This document shows, piece after piece, positions 19,701 to 28,663 of a stretch of 64,000 bases of DNA (within the stretch, counting starts at the first letter, position 1; every line of letters starts with the position of its first letter). The position numbers and the translations under genes are program-made. The DNA is from Candidatus Avelusimicrobium bubulum (lineage in GTDB: Bacteria; Elusimicrobiota; Elusimicrobia; Elusimicrobiales; Elusimicrobiaceae), in assembly GCA_902798835.1 (NCBI GenBank), contig CADBYN010000001.1, forward strand, positions 46,015 through 110,014, in the 5' to 3' direction. A model generated the notes under the pieces. The model was not told where the DNA came from. It saw nothing but the letters and a program-made list of their open reading frames with translations, and searched no databases.

Positions 19701-19950
19701 CGGGGCGTTCTTTTTGGATAACACGCTCTAAAAAATCAACCGTGATCGGCTCCACATACACGCGGTCAGCGATGCGTGTATCGGTCATAATCGTGGCCGG
19801 ATTGGAATTGACAAGCACTACTTCCAACCCTTCTTCTTTCAACGCGCGGCATGCCTGCGTACCGGCGTAATCAAACTCGGCGGCTTGACCAATCACAATC
19901 GGCCCGGAGCCGATTACCAATACTTTATGTACACTGCTGATTTTAGGCAT
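16738..19950 (-). CDS. carB: carbamoyl-phosphate synthase large subunit
   Basis: 1070 aa. Duplicated ATP-grasp halves, N-terminal VLVIGSGPIVIGQAAEFDYAGTQA, C-terminal MGS-like domain. Confidence 0.95.
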   Translation of the reverse strand: MPKISSVHKVLVIGSGPIVIGQAAEFDYAGTQACRALKEEGLEVVLVNSNPATIMTDTRIADRVYVEPITVDFLERVIQKERPDSLLATLGGQIGLNMAMALEEKGILSAYGVRVLGTPLSAIRRGEDRECFKQTMEKIGQPVPESVIVTHANEALTFAKQIGYPLIIRPAYTLGGTGGGIAHDDCELMDVLAKGLDCSPIGQCLVERSIAGWKEIEFEVIRDAADNHVIVCSMENVDPVGIHTGDSIVVAPALTLKDRELQLLRQAALDIVRALGVVGGCNVQLALKPNSTDYYVIEVNPRVSRSSALASKATGYPIAKVTSKIALGYRLDEITTPMSPGAHSLFEPQVDYIVVKFPRWPFDKFRTAERTLGPQMKATGEVMSLEHTFESALLKAVRSLEIGRVHLQQPELKTKTDDEVRAAIATPDSERLFAIAEGLRRGFTTQEIYSATQIDPWFIDKIGNIVAVERELAKGKLTPQRVQKAKGFQFADKTIAALTGHTEEEIRAFRHTHHIRPAYRMVNTYPSAHKQDTGYYYSTYNASDNVSVSGKRKVVVLGSGPIRIGQGVEFDYCSVHSVFALKAVGYETIIVNNNPETVSTDFDISDRLYFEPLTPEDVLAVWEKENPDGVLVQFGGQTAINLAAHLDKAGVKILGSGVDSIDQAEDRRRFDELLTSCKILRPQGRTCFTTEEAFEAAKQIGYPVMVRPSYVLGGRAMEIVHHEEELSRYMTYAVKVNAEHPVLVDHYIMGDEVEVDAICDGEEVFLPGIMQHIEKTGIHSGDSIAVYPPRDMTEHVITQIIDYTTKLALGLHLKGMMNVQYIVRDDQVYVIEVNPRSSRTVPFLSKVTGVPMVEVAVKCALGFSLKQQGYKAGLQLFPNYYAVKAPVFSFNKMTNVDTVLGPEMKSTGEVMACDYQYNRTLYKAFLAAGVRIPQTGTILMTVTDEDKPEAAQIAKGFIDLGYSILATSGTAEYLQEQGIPVQTALKVSEGENNLIQDIKAGRIALVINTPNHTSAAAQDGFKIRRASVERSIACLTSIDTARGLQKVLRAMRRRVPRVLALQDLEWEREV

Positions 19951-19998
19951 GGTAAAAGGCCTCCCCGAGAAATGTAAACATAAATTTTTGTGTTAATT

Positions 19999-21291
19999 TT
20001 ACTTGCATATCACTTCTCCGTTTTCCATCACAAATCTTCCGGCCAACATCGTAGCTATCACCTGGCCTTTGCATTTTTTCCCTTCGAAGGGAGTAAATTT
20101 CCCGCGCGTATAGAAACGGCGGCTCTCTACCGTCCACTCGCGCTGCAGATCGACCAGCGCAATATCGGCCGGTGCTCCCAGTTTAAGGGTTCCACCCGGC
20201 AGCCCAAACAATCGGGCCGGTGTGCAACTCATTTTATTAATTAACGTTGGCAAATCAATTACTCCCGTTTGATACAAATCGGTCAGCAAAACGCCCAGCG
20301 AAGTTTCCAACCCGGTAAATCCGTTCGGTGCGTAGCAAAATTCCACATCTTTTTCTTCGCAAGCATGCGGGGAGTGATCGGTCACAATAATATCTATCGT
20401 GCCGTCTAATAAACCGTTGCGTACGGCTTGCACATGATCGGCACTACGCAACGGCGGACTGACTTTGGCTGCCGTGTTAAAACCGGCGCATGCTTCGTCC
20501 GTTAAGGTTAAATGATGCACGGTAGCTTCGGCAGTAACATGCACCCCTTGTTGTTTGAAGTACCGCACCATATCCACCGCACCTTGGGTAGAAATATGCG
20601 CAATATGGACGTGCGCCCCTGTGTACTGGGCAATTAAACAATCGCGCGCCACGGCAATATCTTCAGCTACTGAAGATACTCCCGGGATACCCAAGCGCGC
20701 GGACACCGCCCCTTCATGCATAAATCCTTGCGTGTTGAGTTCTTCATCAATGGCATGAGAAATAAGCGGTTTGTTTAAACCCTTGGCATATTGAGCGGCC
20801 AATAAAAACATCCGCGCCGAGCTAACCTGGTGCCCGTCATCGGAAAAAGCGATAGCACCGTGCGCGGCCATGTCCCCCATTTCAGCCAACTCTTTGCCCT
20901 GGCTGCCTTTGGTAATAGCGCCGATTACTTCCACGTGTGCAAACCCGCATTGGGCCGCCCGCGCTTTAATGCCCGACACAATAATAGAGGTATCAATGAC
21001 CGGTTGCGTGTTAGGCATACACGCCACGGTGGTTACCCCGCCATGGGCCGCCGCCTGTGTACCGCTCACAATATCTTCTTTTCCTTCAAAACCCGGCTCG
21101 CGCAAATGCGTATGCATATCAATTAGTCCGGGAATAACCGTCAAGCCGGATGCATCCACTACCCGCTCGCACGCGGCCGAAATCTGCGGAGCGATTTGTG
21201 CAATGCGCCCGTCTTCTACGAGCACATCCGCTTTTTTATTTAAGGATTGGCTCGGGTCAACAATCTGCCCGTTCTTAATCAAAATTTTCAT
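19999..21291 (-). CDS. pyrC: dihydroorotase
   Basis: 430 aa. DMHTHLREPG metal motif, DHSPH; amidohydrolase layout. Confidence 0.9.
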   Translation of the reverse strand: MKILIKNGQIVDPSQSLNKKADVLVEDGRIAQIAPQISAACERVVDASGLTVIPGLIDMHTHLREPGFEGKEDIVSGTQAAAHGGVTTVACMPNTQPVIDTSIIVSGIKARAAQCGFAHVEVIGAITKGSQGKELAEMGDMAAHGAIAFSDDGHQVSSARMFLLAAQYAKGLNKPLISHAIDEELNTQGFMHEGAVSARLGIPGVSSVAEDIAVARDCLIAQYTGAHVHIAHISTQGAVDMVRYFKQQGVHVTAEATVHHLTLTDEACAGFNTAAKVSPPLRSADHVQAVRNGLLDGTIDIIVTDHSPHACEEKDVEFCYAPNGFTGLETSLGVLLTDLYQTGVIDLPTLINKMSCTPARLFGLPGGTLKLGAPADIALVDLQREWTVESRRFYTRGKFTPFEGKKCKGQVIATMLAGRFVMENGEVICK

Positions 21292-22225
21292 TTAAATCTC
21301 CGTTAAGTGTCAGCGCCAAAAGTGCCATGCGCACCGCCACGCCGTTTTCTACTTGTTGCAACACGGCAGACTGCGGGCCATACGCTGCTTGCCAGGAAAT
21401 TTCCAACCCGCGGTTGAGCGGCCCGGGGTGGATAATTACCGCATCCGGCCGTGCCAGTTTGAGGCGCGCCTCATTGATACCAAAAAGTTGCGCATATTCA
21501 TGTACGGAAGGGAACATCCCTTTTTGTTGGCGCTCCAATTGAATACGAAGCGCATTGATAACCGCAGCCCCTTCCAGGGCATCTTCTATACGATCATGCA
21601 CGCTAACACCCAGTTGCTCGATGTCGTGCGGAATTAATGTAGCCGGGCCGCACACGTGGATATCGGCCCCGTATTTTTTCCACAACGCAATATTCGAACG
21701 CGCCACGCGGCTATGCAGAATATCCCCCACGATTACCATTTTCAATCCGTTCAGTTCCAGGCCCTTTTCGCGCAAAGTGAATCCATCCAAGAGGGCTTGG
21801 GTAGGGTGAGCGTGCGCTCCATCCCCGGCGTTGATGACAACGGGGGCTAATTCGCGCGCGGCGAACACGGCCGCCCCCTCAACCGGGTGGCGCAAGATTA
21901 CCCCGTCACAATGCATCGCCTGCAACGTAAGCAGCGTATCGCGAAAACTTTCCCCCTTTAATAAACTAGAGGCAGATGTTGAAAAATTAATCACATCTGC
22001 CCCTAGATATTTGCCGGCTAATTCGAAAGAAGTTCTTGTTCGGGTACTTGGCTCGCAAAATAAATTAATGATAGCTTTTCCTTTTAAATACGAGCTCTTT
22101 TTGATTTTTTGTTTAAGCCGCTTCTTCATGATCTGCGCGGTTTGAAAAATTAATTCTATATCCGCACGTGTTAAAGCGGAAATGTCTAAAATATCCTTTC
22201 CATACAGCGAGTTTGTACTACGCAT
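21275..22225 (-). CDS. pyrB: aspartate carbamoyltransferase catalytic subunit
   Basis: 316 aa. STRTRTSFE, HPTQALLD, HPGPLNRG motifs. GAGGAG SD. Confidence 0.9.
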   Translation of the reverse strand: MRSTNSLYGKDILDISALTRADIELIFQTAQIMKKRLKQKIKKSSYLKGKAIINLFCEPSTRTRTSFELAGKYLGADVINFSTSASSLLKGESFRDTLLTLQAMHCDGVILRHPVEGAAVFAARELAPVVINAGDGAHAHPTQALLDGFTLREKGLELNGLKMVIVGDILHSRVARSNIALWKKYGADIHVCGPATLIPHDIEQLGVSVHDRIEDALEGAAVINALRIQLERQQKGMFPSVHEYAQLFGINEARLKLARPDAVIIHPGPLNRGLEISWQAAYGPQSAVLQQVENGVAVRMALLALTLNGDLNENFD

Positions 22226-22271
22226 TACATACTCCTCAAGTAAGGCAAAACCAATTTGCCTAAACTGATTT

Positions 22272-22301
22272 ATTCTACCAATCTGTATATCCCCCTGTCA
22301 A
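22272..22301 (-). promoter_or_regulatory. sigma70-type promoter of the pyr operon
   Basis: Reverse strand reads TTGACA (22301-22296), 18-nt spacer, TAGAAT (22277-22272). The ~46-nt leader contains the hairpin AGGCAAA-ttggt-TTTGCCT (22243-22261) just before the GAGGAG SD. Confidence 0.5.
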
Positions 22302-22346
22302 TTTTTTTATCGTTGCCCCAATACGTGCGGGAACAGCGGGCAGGCA

Positions 22347-22378
22347 ACAAAAAACCGCCCGGGTGAGGGACGGCTTTT
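22347..22378 (-). terminator. rho-independent terminator after the ferritin-like gene
   Basis: Minus strand reads CCGTCCC-tcacc-GGGCGG (one bulged T) followed by TTTTTT. Confidence 0.6.
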
Positions 22379-22393
22379 TGCCTTCTTTACATA

Positions 22394-22927
22394 TTATTTG
22401 CGGCCGGCTTTGGGTTTTGGGTCGCAAGTTTTTGCGCTGGCATTGCACGAGTTGTGCAAGTCTTCCAAGTCTTGCTCGTGTTCGAGTTCATCCTCCAAAA
22501 TTTCACGCACCAGGTGCTCGGTAATAGGATCTTTGCCGGCCACCATGTTCAGCAGTTTTTCATATACTTCGATGGCGCAACGTTCACCCTGGATGTTTTG
22601 TGCCAGCAAGTGCATCGCATCCGGATTTTCGGGCGTTAAGTAGCCGCAGGTGCTGTCTTTGAGCCACAAGTCCGGCGAGATAGCCGGCGTGCCGCCCAGC
22701 TCGATAATCCGTTTAGCTAATTTTTCGGCGTGCTCTAATTCTTCGCCGGCGTGCTCGGCCAGTTCCTGGGCGATAAGCGCAAACATCTTCCCTTCGGCCA
22801 CTTTGGCACCGATCCAGTATTGGTAATAGGCCAGCCACTCATCGCAATAAGCGCTGTTCAATTCTTTAAGCAACGCGTCCAAATCAATCCCCGCGCGGAT
22901 CACTAATTCTTTTGCTTTCATTCCCAT
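22394..22927 (-). CDS. ferritin-like diiron protein (Dps-like/bacterioferritin-related, DPSL type)
   Basis: Four-helix ferritin pattern with EELEHAEKL and EDELEHEQDL metal-ligand motifs; Cys residues near the site. Start ambiguous (ATG at 22933, 22927 or 22921). 22927 chosen for its 6-nt spacing from AGGAGG. Confidence 0.7.
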   Translation of the reverse strand: MGMKAKELVIRAGIDLDALLKELNSAYCDEWLAYYQYWIGAKVAEGKMFALIAQELAEHAGEELEHAEKLAKRIIELGGTPAISPDLWLKDSTCGYLTPENPDAMHLLAQNIQGERCAIEVYEKLLNMVAGKDPITEHLVREILEDELEHEQDLEDLHNSCNASAKTCDPKPKAGRK

Positions 22928-22931
22928 AATC

Positions 22932-22958
22932 ATCCTCCTTATTTAGTATTAGGAGGAT
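22932..22958 (-). promoter_or_regulatory. SD-sequestering hairpin in the 5' UTR of the ferritin-like gene
   Basis: mRNA reads AUCCUCCU-aauacuaaaua-AGGAGGAU, a perfect 8-bp stem that pairs the whole SD with an upstream anti-SD. ATG codons follow immediately. Confidence 0.45.
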
Positions 22959-23007
22959 ACTGTAGCTGTTTAGCGGCTTTTTGGCAACGCAAAAAATTAA
23001 TTAGTTT

Positions 23008-23820
23008 TTAATGAATAAAGTGACGCAGGAAATATTGCGCGCCCCACAACAGCGCAATCATACACGAGATGACAAACGCAAGGTAAAAAAGCTTCGCCCC
23101 GTTCGACGAGGAAGGAGCTCCCCCTGCCGAAGAAGGCGCATGCAATTTAAGCAGCGTTTGTGCTTGCAGGTCGTCTGCGGCGGATGTATTGAAAAACGTT
23201 GTTGTGTCTTCGGGGGAAACCTCTTCTATATGCCGCAAGGCCCGGGCCAGCTGCTGCACACGCAAGCGCATGGGTTGTAGTTGCTCGACGGGAAGAGAGG
23301 AATACGTATGATATACCAGCGCGTAGGCGGATGCTTCCAAATAACACAACGGGCCCGCTTTTAGCAATCCGATTACTTGCGGCGGAAATTGGAAATGATC
23401 CGGGGCGCTTAACGTAAAACGAGTTGCCAGCTCCGGCGGCAGGGCCGGGTGCACGGTTTTATCTTCTTGGGTACGCGGCTGCAAAATAAACGGTACAAAA
23501 TCGCCGCGGGTCAGTTCGGCCGTGGCTAATGTGTAACATGTGCCGGAAACACTCTCTGTTGGATTGCACACATACATTTGGCACAGACGGATAAACATTC
23601 TCGGTTCGCTCCAAGTAAGCACTTGGCGAAACTGGTGCAACGCGCGATTAAACAAATAAACGGTTTGCGCAGAAAGCGCGGTAAGCGGATTATCCACCTG
23701 CTTGTCGTAACGAAGGTGCAACGTACGCGCCATACGTTTAAGACGAGCAGAACGCGTGGTGGAAAGCACCACAGCTCCCCCGGCAATCAGCAAACCGAAA
23801 AGTACACCATGCAGCATCAT
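23008..23820 (-). CDS. hypothetical protein with N- and C-terminal membrane anchors
   Basis: 270 aa. TM-like VLFGLLIAGGAVVL at the N-terminus and LFYLAFVISCMIALLWGA at the C-terminus. Lies 12 nt downstream of the dCMP deaminase gene. No family recognised. Confidence 0.5.
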   Translation of the reverse strand: MMLHGVLFGLLIAGGAVVLSTTRSARLKRMARTLHLRYDKQVDNPLTALSAQTVYLFNRALHQFRQVLTWSEPRMFIRLCQMYVCNPTESVSGTCYTLATAELTRGDFVPFILQPRTQEDKTVHPALPPELATRFTLSAPDHFQFPPQVIGLLKAGPLCYLEASAYALVYHTYSSLPVEQLQPMRLRVQQLARALRHIEEVSPEDTTTFFNTSAADDLQAQTLLKLHAPSSAGGAPSSSNGAKLFYLAFVISCMIALLWGAQYFLRHFIH

Positions 23821-23832
23821 AGTAAGCGGGAA

Positions 23833-24321
23833 TTAATACCCTTTTGCACCGGCCAAAGACTCGTCGTTATCAATCCAATCTTGCACATCAATTTCGCGGA
23901 ATTCGGTGGCGCTGTCGCGCACAACCACTTTTTTAATTCCCGCGTTGATAATCAGGCGCTTGCACATCGAGCATGAATTGGAATTTTTGATATATTCGTT
24001 GGTGCTTACTTCGCGCCCGGAAAGATAGAGCGTAGCGTCTAACATTTTATCACGCGAAGCGCTGATAATTGCGTTGGCCTCGGCGTGTACGCTGCGGCAC
24101 AACTCGTAGCGTTCACCGCGCGGAATATTTAATTGCTGGCGAATGCATACACCCAAGTCACAGCAGTTTTTGCGGCCGCGCGGGGCCCCGGCATATCCGG
24201 TAGAAATCACTTCGTCATTTTTAACGATGACCGCCCCATATCGGCGGCGCAAGCACGTTCCCCGTTGGGAAACAATATCGGCTAAATCCAGGTAATAATT
24301 TATTTTATCTCGTCTGGCCAT
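23833..24321 (-). CDS. deoxycytidylate (dCMP) deaminase
   Basis: HAEANAI zinc motif and CSMCKRLI (PCxxC-type). Start moved to MARRDKINYY (ATG 24321) with GGAG SD; the 28-aa upstream extension has no support. Confidence 0.85.
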   Translation of the reverse strand: MARRDKINYYLDLADIVSQRGTCLRRRYGAVIVKNDEVISTGYAGAPRGRKNCCDLGVCIRQQLNIPRGERYELCRSVHAEANAIISASRDKMLDATLYLSGREVSTNEYIKNSNSCSMCKRLIINAGIKKVVVRDSATEFREIDVQDWIDNDESLAGAKGY

Positions 24322-24392
24322 AAAAGCTCCTTGCTCTATTATAACATAATAAATAATCAATTTTTTAACTCGCAAAATGGACCGGAAAAATC

Positions 24393-24398
24393 TATAAT
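24393..24398 (+). promoter_or_regulatory. -10 hexamer TATAAT, 7 nt upstream of ATG 24406
   Basis: TATAAT-AGAACAC-ATG, no SD. N7 variant of the leaderless geometry. Confidence 0.35.
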
Positions 24399-24405
24399 AG
24401 AACAC

Positions 24406-25704
24406 ATGAAAAAATTTTTAGTTTCTTTTTTATGTTGTTTACCTATCTGTCTCTATGCCCAACACGTACACCAAGTAACTGCCCAAACCACCCGCATGAG
24501 CGAAGATACGCTCAAAAAACGCTTTCGCCTAAAACCGGGGGATTTGTTCACGCCGCAAGCGTATCAAAAAGCGCAGGAAGATTTGCATAAGCTGCGTGTA
24601 TTCAAAACGCTGGAATTTATCGAGAAAGAACGCAAACACGGTGTGGATATTCATATCAAAGCCGACGACCGCTCGTATGTGTTTCCCATGGCCTTTGCCA
24701 TGAGCGGAAAGAAACGCTCGGCCGGATTATCTCTAGCCAGCGGCAACTTGTTTAAGCAGGGCGAAACCATCTTTTTGTTTGCCGGCGGCGGGCGGGATGG
24801 TTTTGCCACACACGGGGGACTTTCCCTGGGGAATGATTTTTTCTACCTGGGATACCAGCACCTAAACTTTGAGCAAAGTTTTTATGAAAACCGTTGGACC
24901 AGCGTGCCCAGCATATTCTCTGCCGCCGATGATAAAGACAAACACCTCTCCTCCCGCATCGGCAAAATACACGGCCGGCAAGATACTTTACAGTTTACGT
25001 ATCGGCATAAATTTTCCAGCGTGTGGAGTTTTTCAGTTACACCGGAGTATGAATATTATTACTATAAAGACGGCGCGCTGGATAGCGGTAAGCACTCGCA
25101 TATTTCGTTGGCTATGCAGTACGCCGACGATATCCGCCCGGATCTAAATATGGGGGCGCTATCGGGAATTGGCCTATCCGACAAAGCCCAAGCGCTGCGC
25201 AATTTACCGCAAGTGCGCATGGGCAAATTGGCGGAAATTTCTTACACCGCCGGCGGGCATTGGTCCGGCAGCGAATATGATATTCAAAAACTCTCCCTGG
25301 GCGCGGGCTTGTTGTGGGAGCTCAAAACACGTCACATGCTTGCCTTGTATGCCAAAGCACAGCGCGCATTTAGCGCACCCTTTAGCAACCGCATTGAATC
25401 ATCCGACCTACTCTTTGGGTTGGGCATTTACGACCGCGAACAACGCGGCAAGGGCGGCGTGTCCGGCGGGGTAAGTTTTACTTATTTTATCTTGCGCAAT
25501 CAACTGGGGCTACTGAGCTTTACCCCGTTTTACGAAGTAGCGTATATTACTTCAGACGGGAACTCGTACTTGCCGCATAGCGGGGTGGGTGCGACACTCA
25601 CGTATCGTTTGTGGCGTTTTCCGCTTCCCATTAGCGTAAATTTCACGCAAAATGTGGATGATGGAACGCAGCACATCGGGGTGAAACTCGGCGGCCGATT
25701 TTAA
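24406..25704 (+). CDS. Omp85-family-like outer-membrane protein (one POTRA-like domain plus beta-barrel)
   Basis: Start at MKKFLVSFLCCLPICLYAQ (signal peptide). POTRA-like segment LKKRFRLKPGDLFTPQAYQKAQEDLHKLRVF. Gly/aromatic-rich barrel ending ...GVKLGGRF. Confidence 0.5.
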   Translation: MKKFLVSFLCCLPICLYAQHVHQVTAQTTRMSEDTLKKRFRLKPGDLFTPQAYQKAQEDLHKLRVFKTLEFIEKERKHGVDIHIKADDRSYVFPMAFAMSGKKRSAGLSLASGNLFKQGETIFLFAGGGRDGFATHGGLSLGNDFFYLGYQHLNFEQSFYENRWTSVPSIFSAADDKDKHLSSRIGKIHGRQDTLQFTYRHKFSSVWSFSVTPEYEYYYYKDGALDSGKHSHISLAMQYADDIRPDLNMGALSGIGLSDKAQALRNLPQVRMGKLAEISYTAGGHWSGSEYDIQKLSLGAGLLWELKTRHMLALYAKAQRAFSAPFSNRIESSDLLFGLGIYDREQRGKGGVSGGVSFTYFILRNQLGLLSFTPFYEVAYITSDGNSYLPHSGVGATLTYRLWRFPLPISVNFTQNVDDGTQHIGVKLGGRF

Positions 25705-25733
25705 TACACGCGCACTCCTCCCACGCTTAAATA

Positions 25734-25742
25734 TGTTACAAT
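25734..25742 (+). promoter_or_regulatory. extended -10 TGtTACAAT, 6 nt upstream of ruvA ATG (leaderless geometry)
   Basis: TGT-TACAAT (25737-25742), then AACGAT, then ATG 25749. No SD. Confidence 0.45.
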
Positions 25743-25748
25743 AACGAT

Positions 25749-26360
25749 ATGATTGCGTATTTGACCGGTACTATTCTTGAAGTGCGCGAAGAAAGCGCAG
25801 TGCTTGTGTGCGGCGGCGTTGGTTATGAAATTAACCTACCCGCTAATACCGCAGCGGACCTGGTGCCAGGGGCACAAGCGTCGTTTTATGTAGCGGAGTC
25901 CATCTCTCCCTACGACGGCGCGGTGCTCTACGGATTTGCCCACAAAGAAGATAAAGAGCTATGGTACCTGTTCAAAACCGCCATCCCCAATACCGGCCCC
26001 AAAAAGGCGCTGGAATATTTGAACAAAGCCTTGCGCTCGGTAGCGGATTTCCATCACGCGATTGTGGCGCGTGACCCTAAAATTTTAACCGGTATTTTCG
26101 GCTTTACGGCCAAGACAGCAGAAAAGCTGATTACTTCTCTTAAGGACAAGATGGACAGCGTGTCTATCCAAGGGCAAGCCAAGATTAAAGTAGCAGACGA
26201 AGTGCCCTACATGGCAGATGTGGCGCAAGCGCTTAGTGCGCTGGGATACTCAGCGGCCGAGTCGCGCCGGGCCATGGAAAAACTACACGCCCAAGGCGTT
26301 AAACCGACTGAAAAACTGGAAGATATTGTGAAAGAGGCCCTGCGGGTGTTAACCAAATGA
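25749..26360 (+). CDS. ruvA: Holliday junction DNA helicase RuvA
   Basis: 203 aa. MIAYLTGTI... OB domain, HhH region, C-terminal domain III. Confidence 0.9.
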   Translation: MIAYLTGTILEVREESAVLVCGGVGYEINLPANTAADLVPGAQASFYVAESISPYDGAVLYGFAHKEDKELWYLFKTAIPNTGPKKALEYLNKALRSVADFHHAIVARDPKILTGIFGFTAKTAEKLITSLKDKMDSVSIQGQAKIKVADEVPYMADVAQALSALGYSAAESRRAMEKLHAQGVKPTEKLEDIVKEALRVLTK

Positions 26361-27379
26361 GCAACCAAAATGAAATCTTAAACGTAACCCAACTGCCCGA
26401 CGAGTCCGCCGGACTCGAGGCCGCCTTGCGCCCGACCACCTTGGACGAATTTGTCGGCCAAGAAAAATTAAAAGAAAATTTGCGTATCTTCATTAAGGCC
26501 GCTAAGTCGCGCAAAGAGGCGTTGGACCACTGCCTTTTCTACGCGCCGCCCGGCCTGGGTAAAACTACGCTGGCCAACATTTTAGCCAAAGAGCTCGGTG
26601 TGAATATCAAAGTAACTTCGGGGCCTGTGCTCGCGCGCCCCGGCGATTTGGCCGCTATGCTCACCACGGAACTGGCTGAAGGGGATATCTTGTTTATCGA
26701 CGAAATTCACCGCTTGAACCCTGCCGTGGAAGAAGCCCTGTATCCGGCGATGGAAGATTTTACGTTCTTTATTAATACGGGCAAAGGCGCCGGATCCACC
26801 ACGCTCAAACTGGCCGTGCCGCACTTTACGCTGGTGGGCGCGACGACACGTTCGGGCCTTCTCACCGGACCGCTGCGCGACCGCTTTGGCATTGTATTTA
26901 ATTTAGGTTTTTACGAAGTGCCCGAGATTACCGACATCCTTGCCCGCTCGGCACGCTTGTTAAGTATCGAGGCAGAACGCGAAGGGCTGGTGGAACTGGC
27001 CAAACGCTCACGCGGAACGCCGCGTATTGCCAACCGGCTCTTACGCCGCGCGCGCGACTTTGCACAAGTCAAAGGGCAAGGGGTAATCACACAAAAAATT
27101 GCCACCACCGCCATGGACTCGCTGGACATCGATGCCGAAGGGCTCGATAGCGTAGATAAGCGCATTTTGGAAGCGCTGATTGACCGTTTCTCCGGCGGGC
27201 CGGTAGGCGTGGACAATCTAGCTATTGCAGTATCGGAATCAGTCGACACCTTGACCGATGTGATTGAACCGTTTCTCATTAAAGCGGGTTTTATTGCCCG
27301 CACTCCGCGCGGCCGTGTAGCCACGCGCAAGGCCTATGAACACATGGGCCGCAAAATCGCCCAAGAGTTGTTGTTTTGA
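26357..27379 (+). CDS. ruvB: Holliday junction DNA helicase RuvB
   Basis: 340 aa. [12 protein letters not shown], Walker [10 protein letters not shown], Walker B FIDEIHRL, sensor GATTR. ATGA overlap with ruvA. Confidence 0.95.
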   Translation: MSNQNEILNVTQLPDESAGLEAALRPTTLDEFVGQEKLKENLRIFIKAAKSRKEALDHCLFYAPPGLGKTTLANILAKELGVNIKVTSGPVLARPGDLAAMLTTELAEGDILFIDEIHRLNPAVEEALYPAMEDFTFFINTGKGAGSTTLKLAVPHFTLVGATTRSGLLTGPLRDRFGIVFNLGFYEVPEITDILARSARLLSIEAEREGLVELAKRSRGTPRIANRLLRRARDFAQVKGQGVITQKIATTAMDSLDIDAEGLDSVDKRILEALIDRFSGGPVGVDNLAIAVSESVDTLTDVIEPFLIKAGFIARTPRGRVATRKAYEHMGRKIAQELLF

Positions 27380-27380
27380 T

Positions 27381-28661
27381 ATGCGCGCATACGGGAAATG
27401 TTGGCTAATGGGTGTCATGCTCACGTTACTGGCAGCGTGCATGGTACCTTCGGCCAAGCAAAATAATTCCGCCCAAACCATCACGTATACCCCCATGAAA
27501 ACCAACGTGCGCCCGGCGCCGCGCTTCAAATTGGAAAAGCCCTCCATCCTCGATGAAACCGAAAGCGAAAATACGCAAAGCCAGCAGCCCGCCCCGGCCA
27601 ATTCACCTGATAAAACCGTACGCGTGCTTATTTTGGAAAACAGCAAATCGGCCTACATCAAACACTCCGGGCGCGTGAATATTTATACGCAAGATAAAAG
27701 CAAAAAATATAAGATTTCCCAAGCCGGTACCGTATCTGTAAAATCCGCTAAAAACGGGCAAGTACAAGTAGGCACACTGGTGGCCAAACAACCCATTTTC
27801 ATCGAACCGGTAGGCGGCGTCACGCTGACGATGGATAAAAACGGCTACACAGGTATTTTTAAAGTAGTACCGGGCACAAACACGTTTAACATCATCGAGC
27901 TTACCCCGCTGGAAAATTATCTCTACGGCGTGTTGCCGCACGAAATGCACCACACTTGGGCACTTGAAGCCCTTAAAGCACAAGCCGTAGCCGCACGCAC
28001 CTACACGCTTAAATCAATTGAGAATAAAAGCGAAGAGCCGTTTGATTTGTATAACGATGTACGTAGCCAAGTATACAAAGGCAGCGCGCAAGTATATGAT
28101 TCTATCAAAAAGGCCGTAGATGGCACCCGCGGGCAAGTGCTTTCCTACAAGGGCGAATTGTTTTACACGTACTATCACGGCAACTGCGGCGGCGGCACCG
28201 ATCACGTGGAAATTTGGAACGAAAAAGCCCCGCACATCAAACCCCTTTCCGGCGCGTCGTGCAAGTTTGATAATCACTCTAAAAGTTACACGTTCTCGCA
28301 AGATATTACCAAATCTTCCGCCGAAAGATTTGCCCGCTCCCAGGGATTAAAAGGCACGTTAAGCAGCGTTAGAGTAGCCAAAAAAACTTCCACCGGGCGC
28401 GCGAACACGCTTACCTTAAAAACCAGCAACGGCTCCAAACAGGTACGCTGCGCTGATTTCCGCGCCGCCACCGGGATCCGCAGCTGCAAAATTACCAAAA
28501 TGACCACAGGCACTACCAAAATTCACGTGGAAGGCCGCGGTTACGGGCACGGTATCGGCATGTGTCAAGACGGCGCCCACGGTATGGCCAAACAAAATTA
28601 CACGTACAAACAGATCTTAAAACAATATTATCCGGGAAGTACCTTAGCGGTGGTGAGATAA
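27381..28661 (+). CDS. SpoIID/LytB-domain lipoprotein (peptidoglycan-remodelling type)
   Basis: Start moved to MRAYGKCWLMGVMLTLLAAC (lipobox LAAC). SpoIID motifs LEALKAQAVAARTY, YHGNCGGGT, GHGIGMCQDGA. Confidence 0.75.
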   Translation: MRAYGKCWLMGVMLTLLAACMVPSAKQNNSAQTITYTPMKTNVRPAPRFKLEKPSILDETESENTQSQQPAPANSPDKTVRVLILENSKSAYIKHSGRVNIYTQDKSKKYKISQAGTVSVKSAKNGQVQVGTLVAKQPIFIEPVGGVTLTMDKNGYTGIFKVVPGTNTFNIIELTPLENYLYGVLPHEMHHTWALEALKAQAVAARTYTLKSIENKSEEPFDLYNDVRSQVYKGSAQVYDSIKKAVDGTRGQVLSYKGELFYTYYHGNCGGGTDHVEIWNEKAPHIKPLSGASCKFDNHSKSYTFSQDITKSSAERFARSQGLKGTLSSVRVAKKTSTGRANTLTLKTSNGSKQVRCADFRAATGIRSCKITKMTTGTTKIHVEGRGYGHGIGMCQDGAHGMAKQNYTYKQILKQYYPGSTLAVVR

Positions 28662-28663
28662 GT

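Noticed and set aside
22226-22301. Looked for a PyrR-binding attenuator in the pyrB leader
   Set aside because: The leader is about 46 nt with one 7-bp hairpin and no U-tract. No PyrR loop-like sequence was seen by eye, though this was not verified with a covariance model.
24331-24405. N-terminal extensions of track ORFs: 24331, 23833-24405, 27336, 28562, 29752-30657, 36294-37040, 36949, 39946, 40767-42275, 45407-47425, 47403, 53352, 55322-55720
   Set aside because: In each case an internal ATG gives the canonical family N-terminus, a signal peptide or a lipobox, and has an SD, a coupling overlap or a -10/N6 context. The extensions overlap neighbouring genes or promoters.
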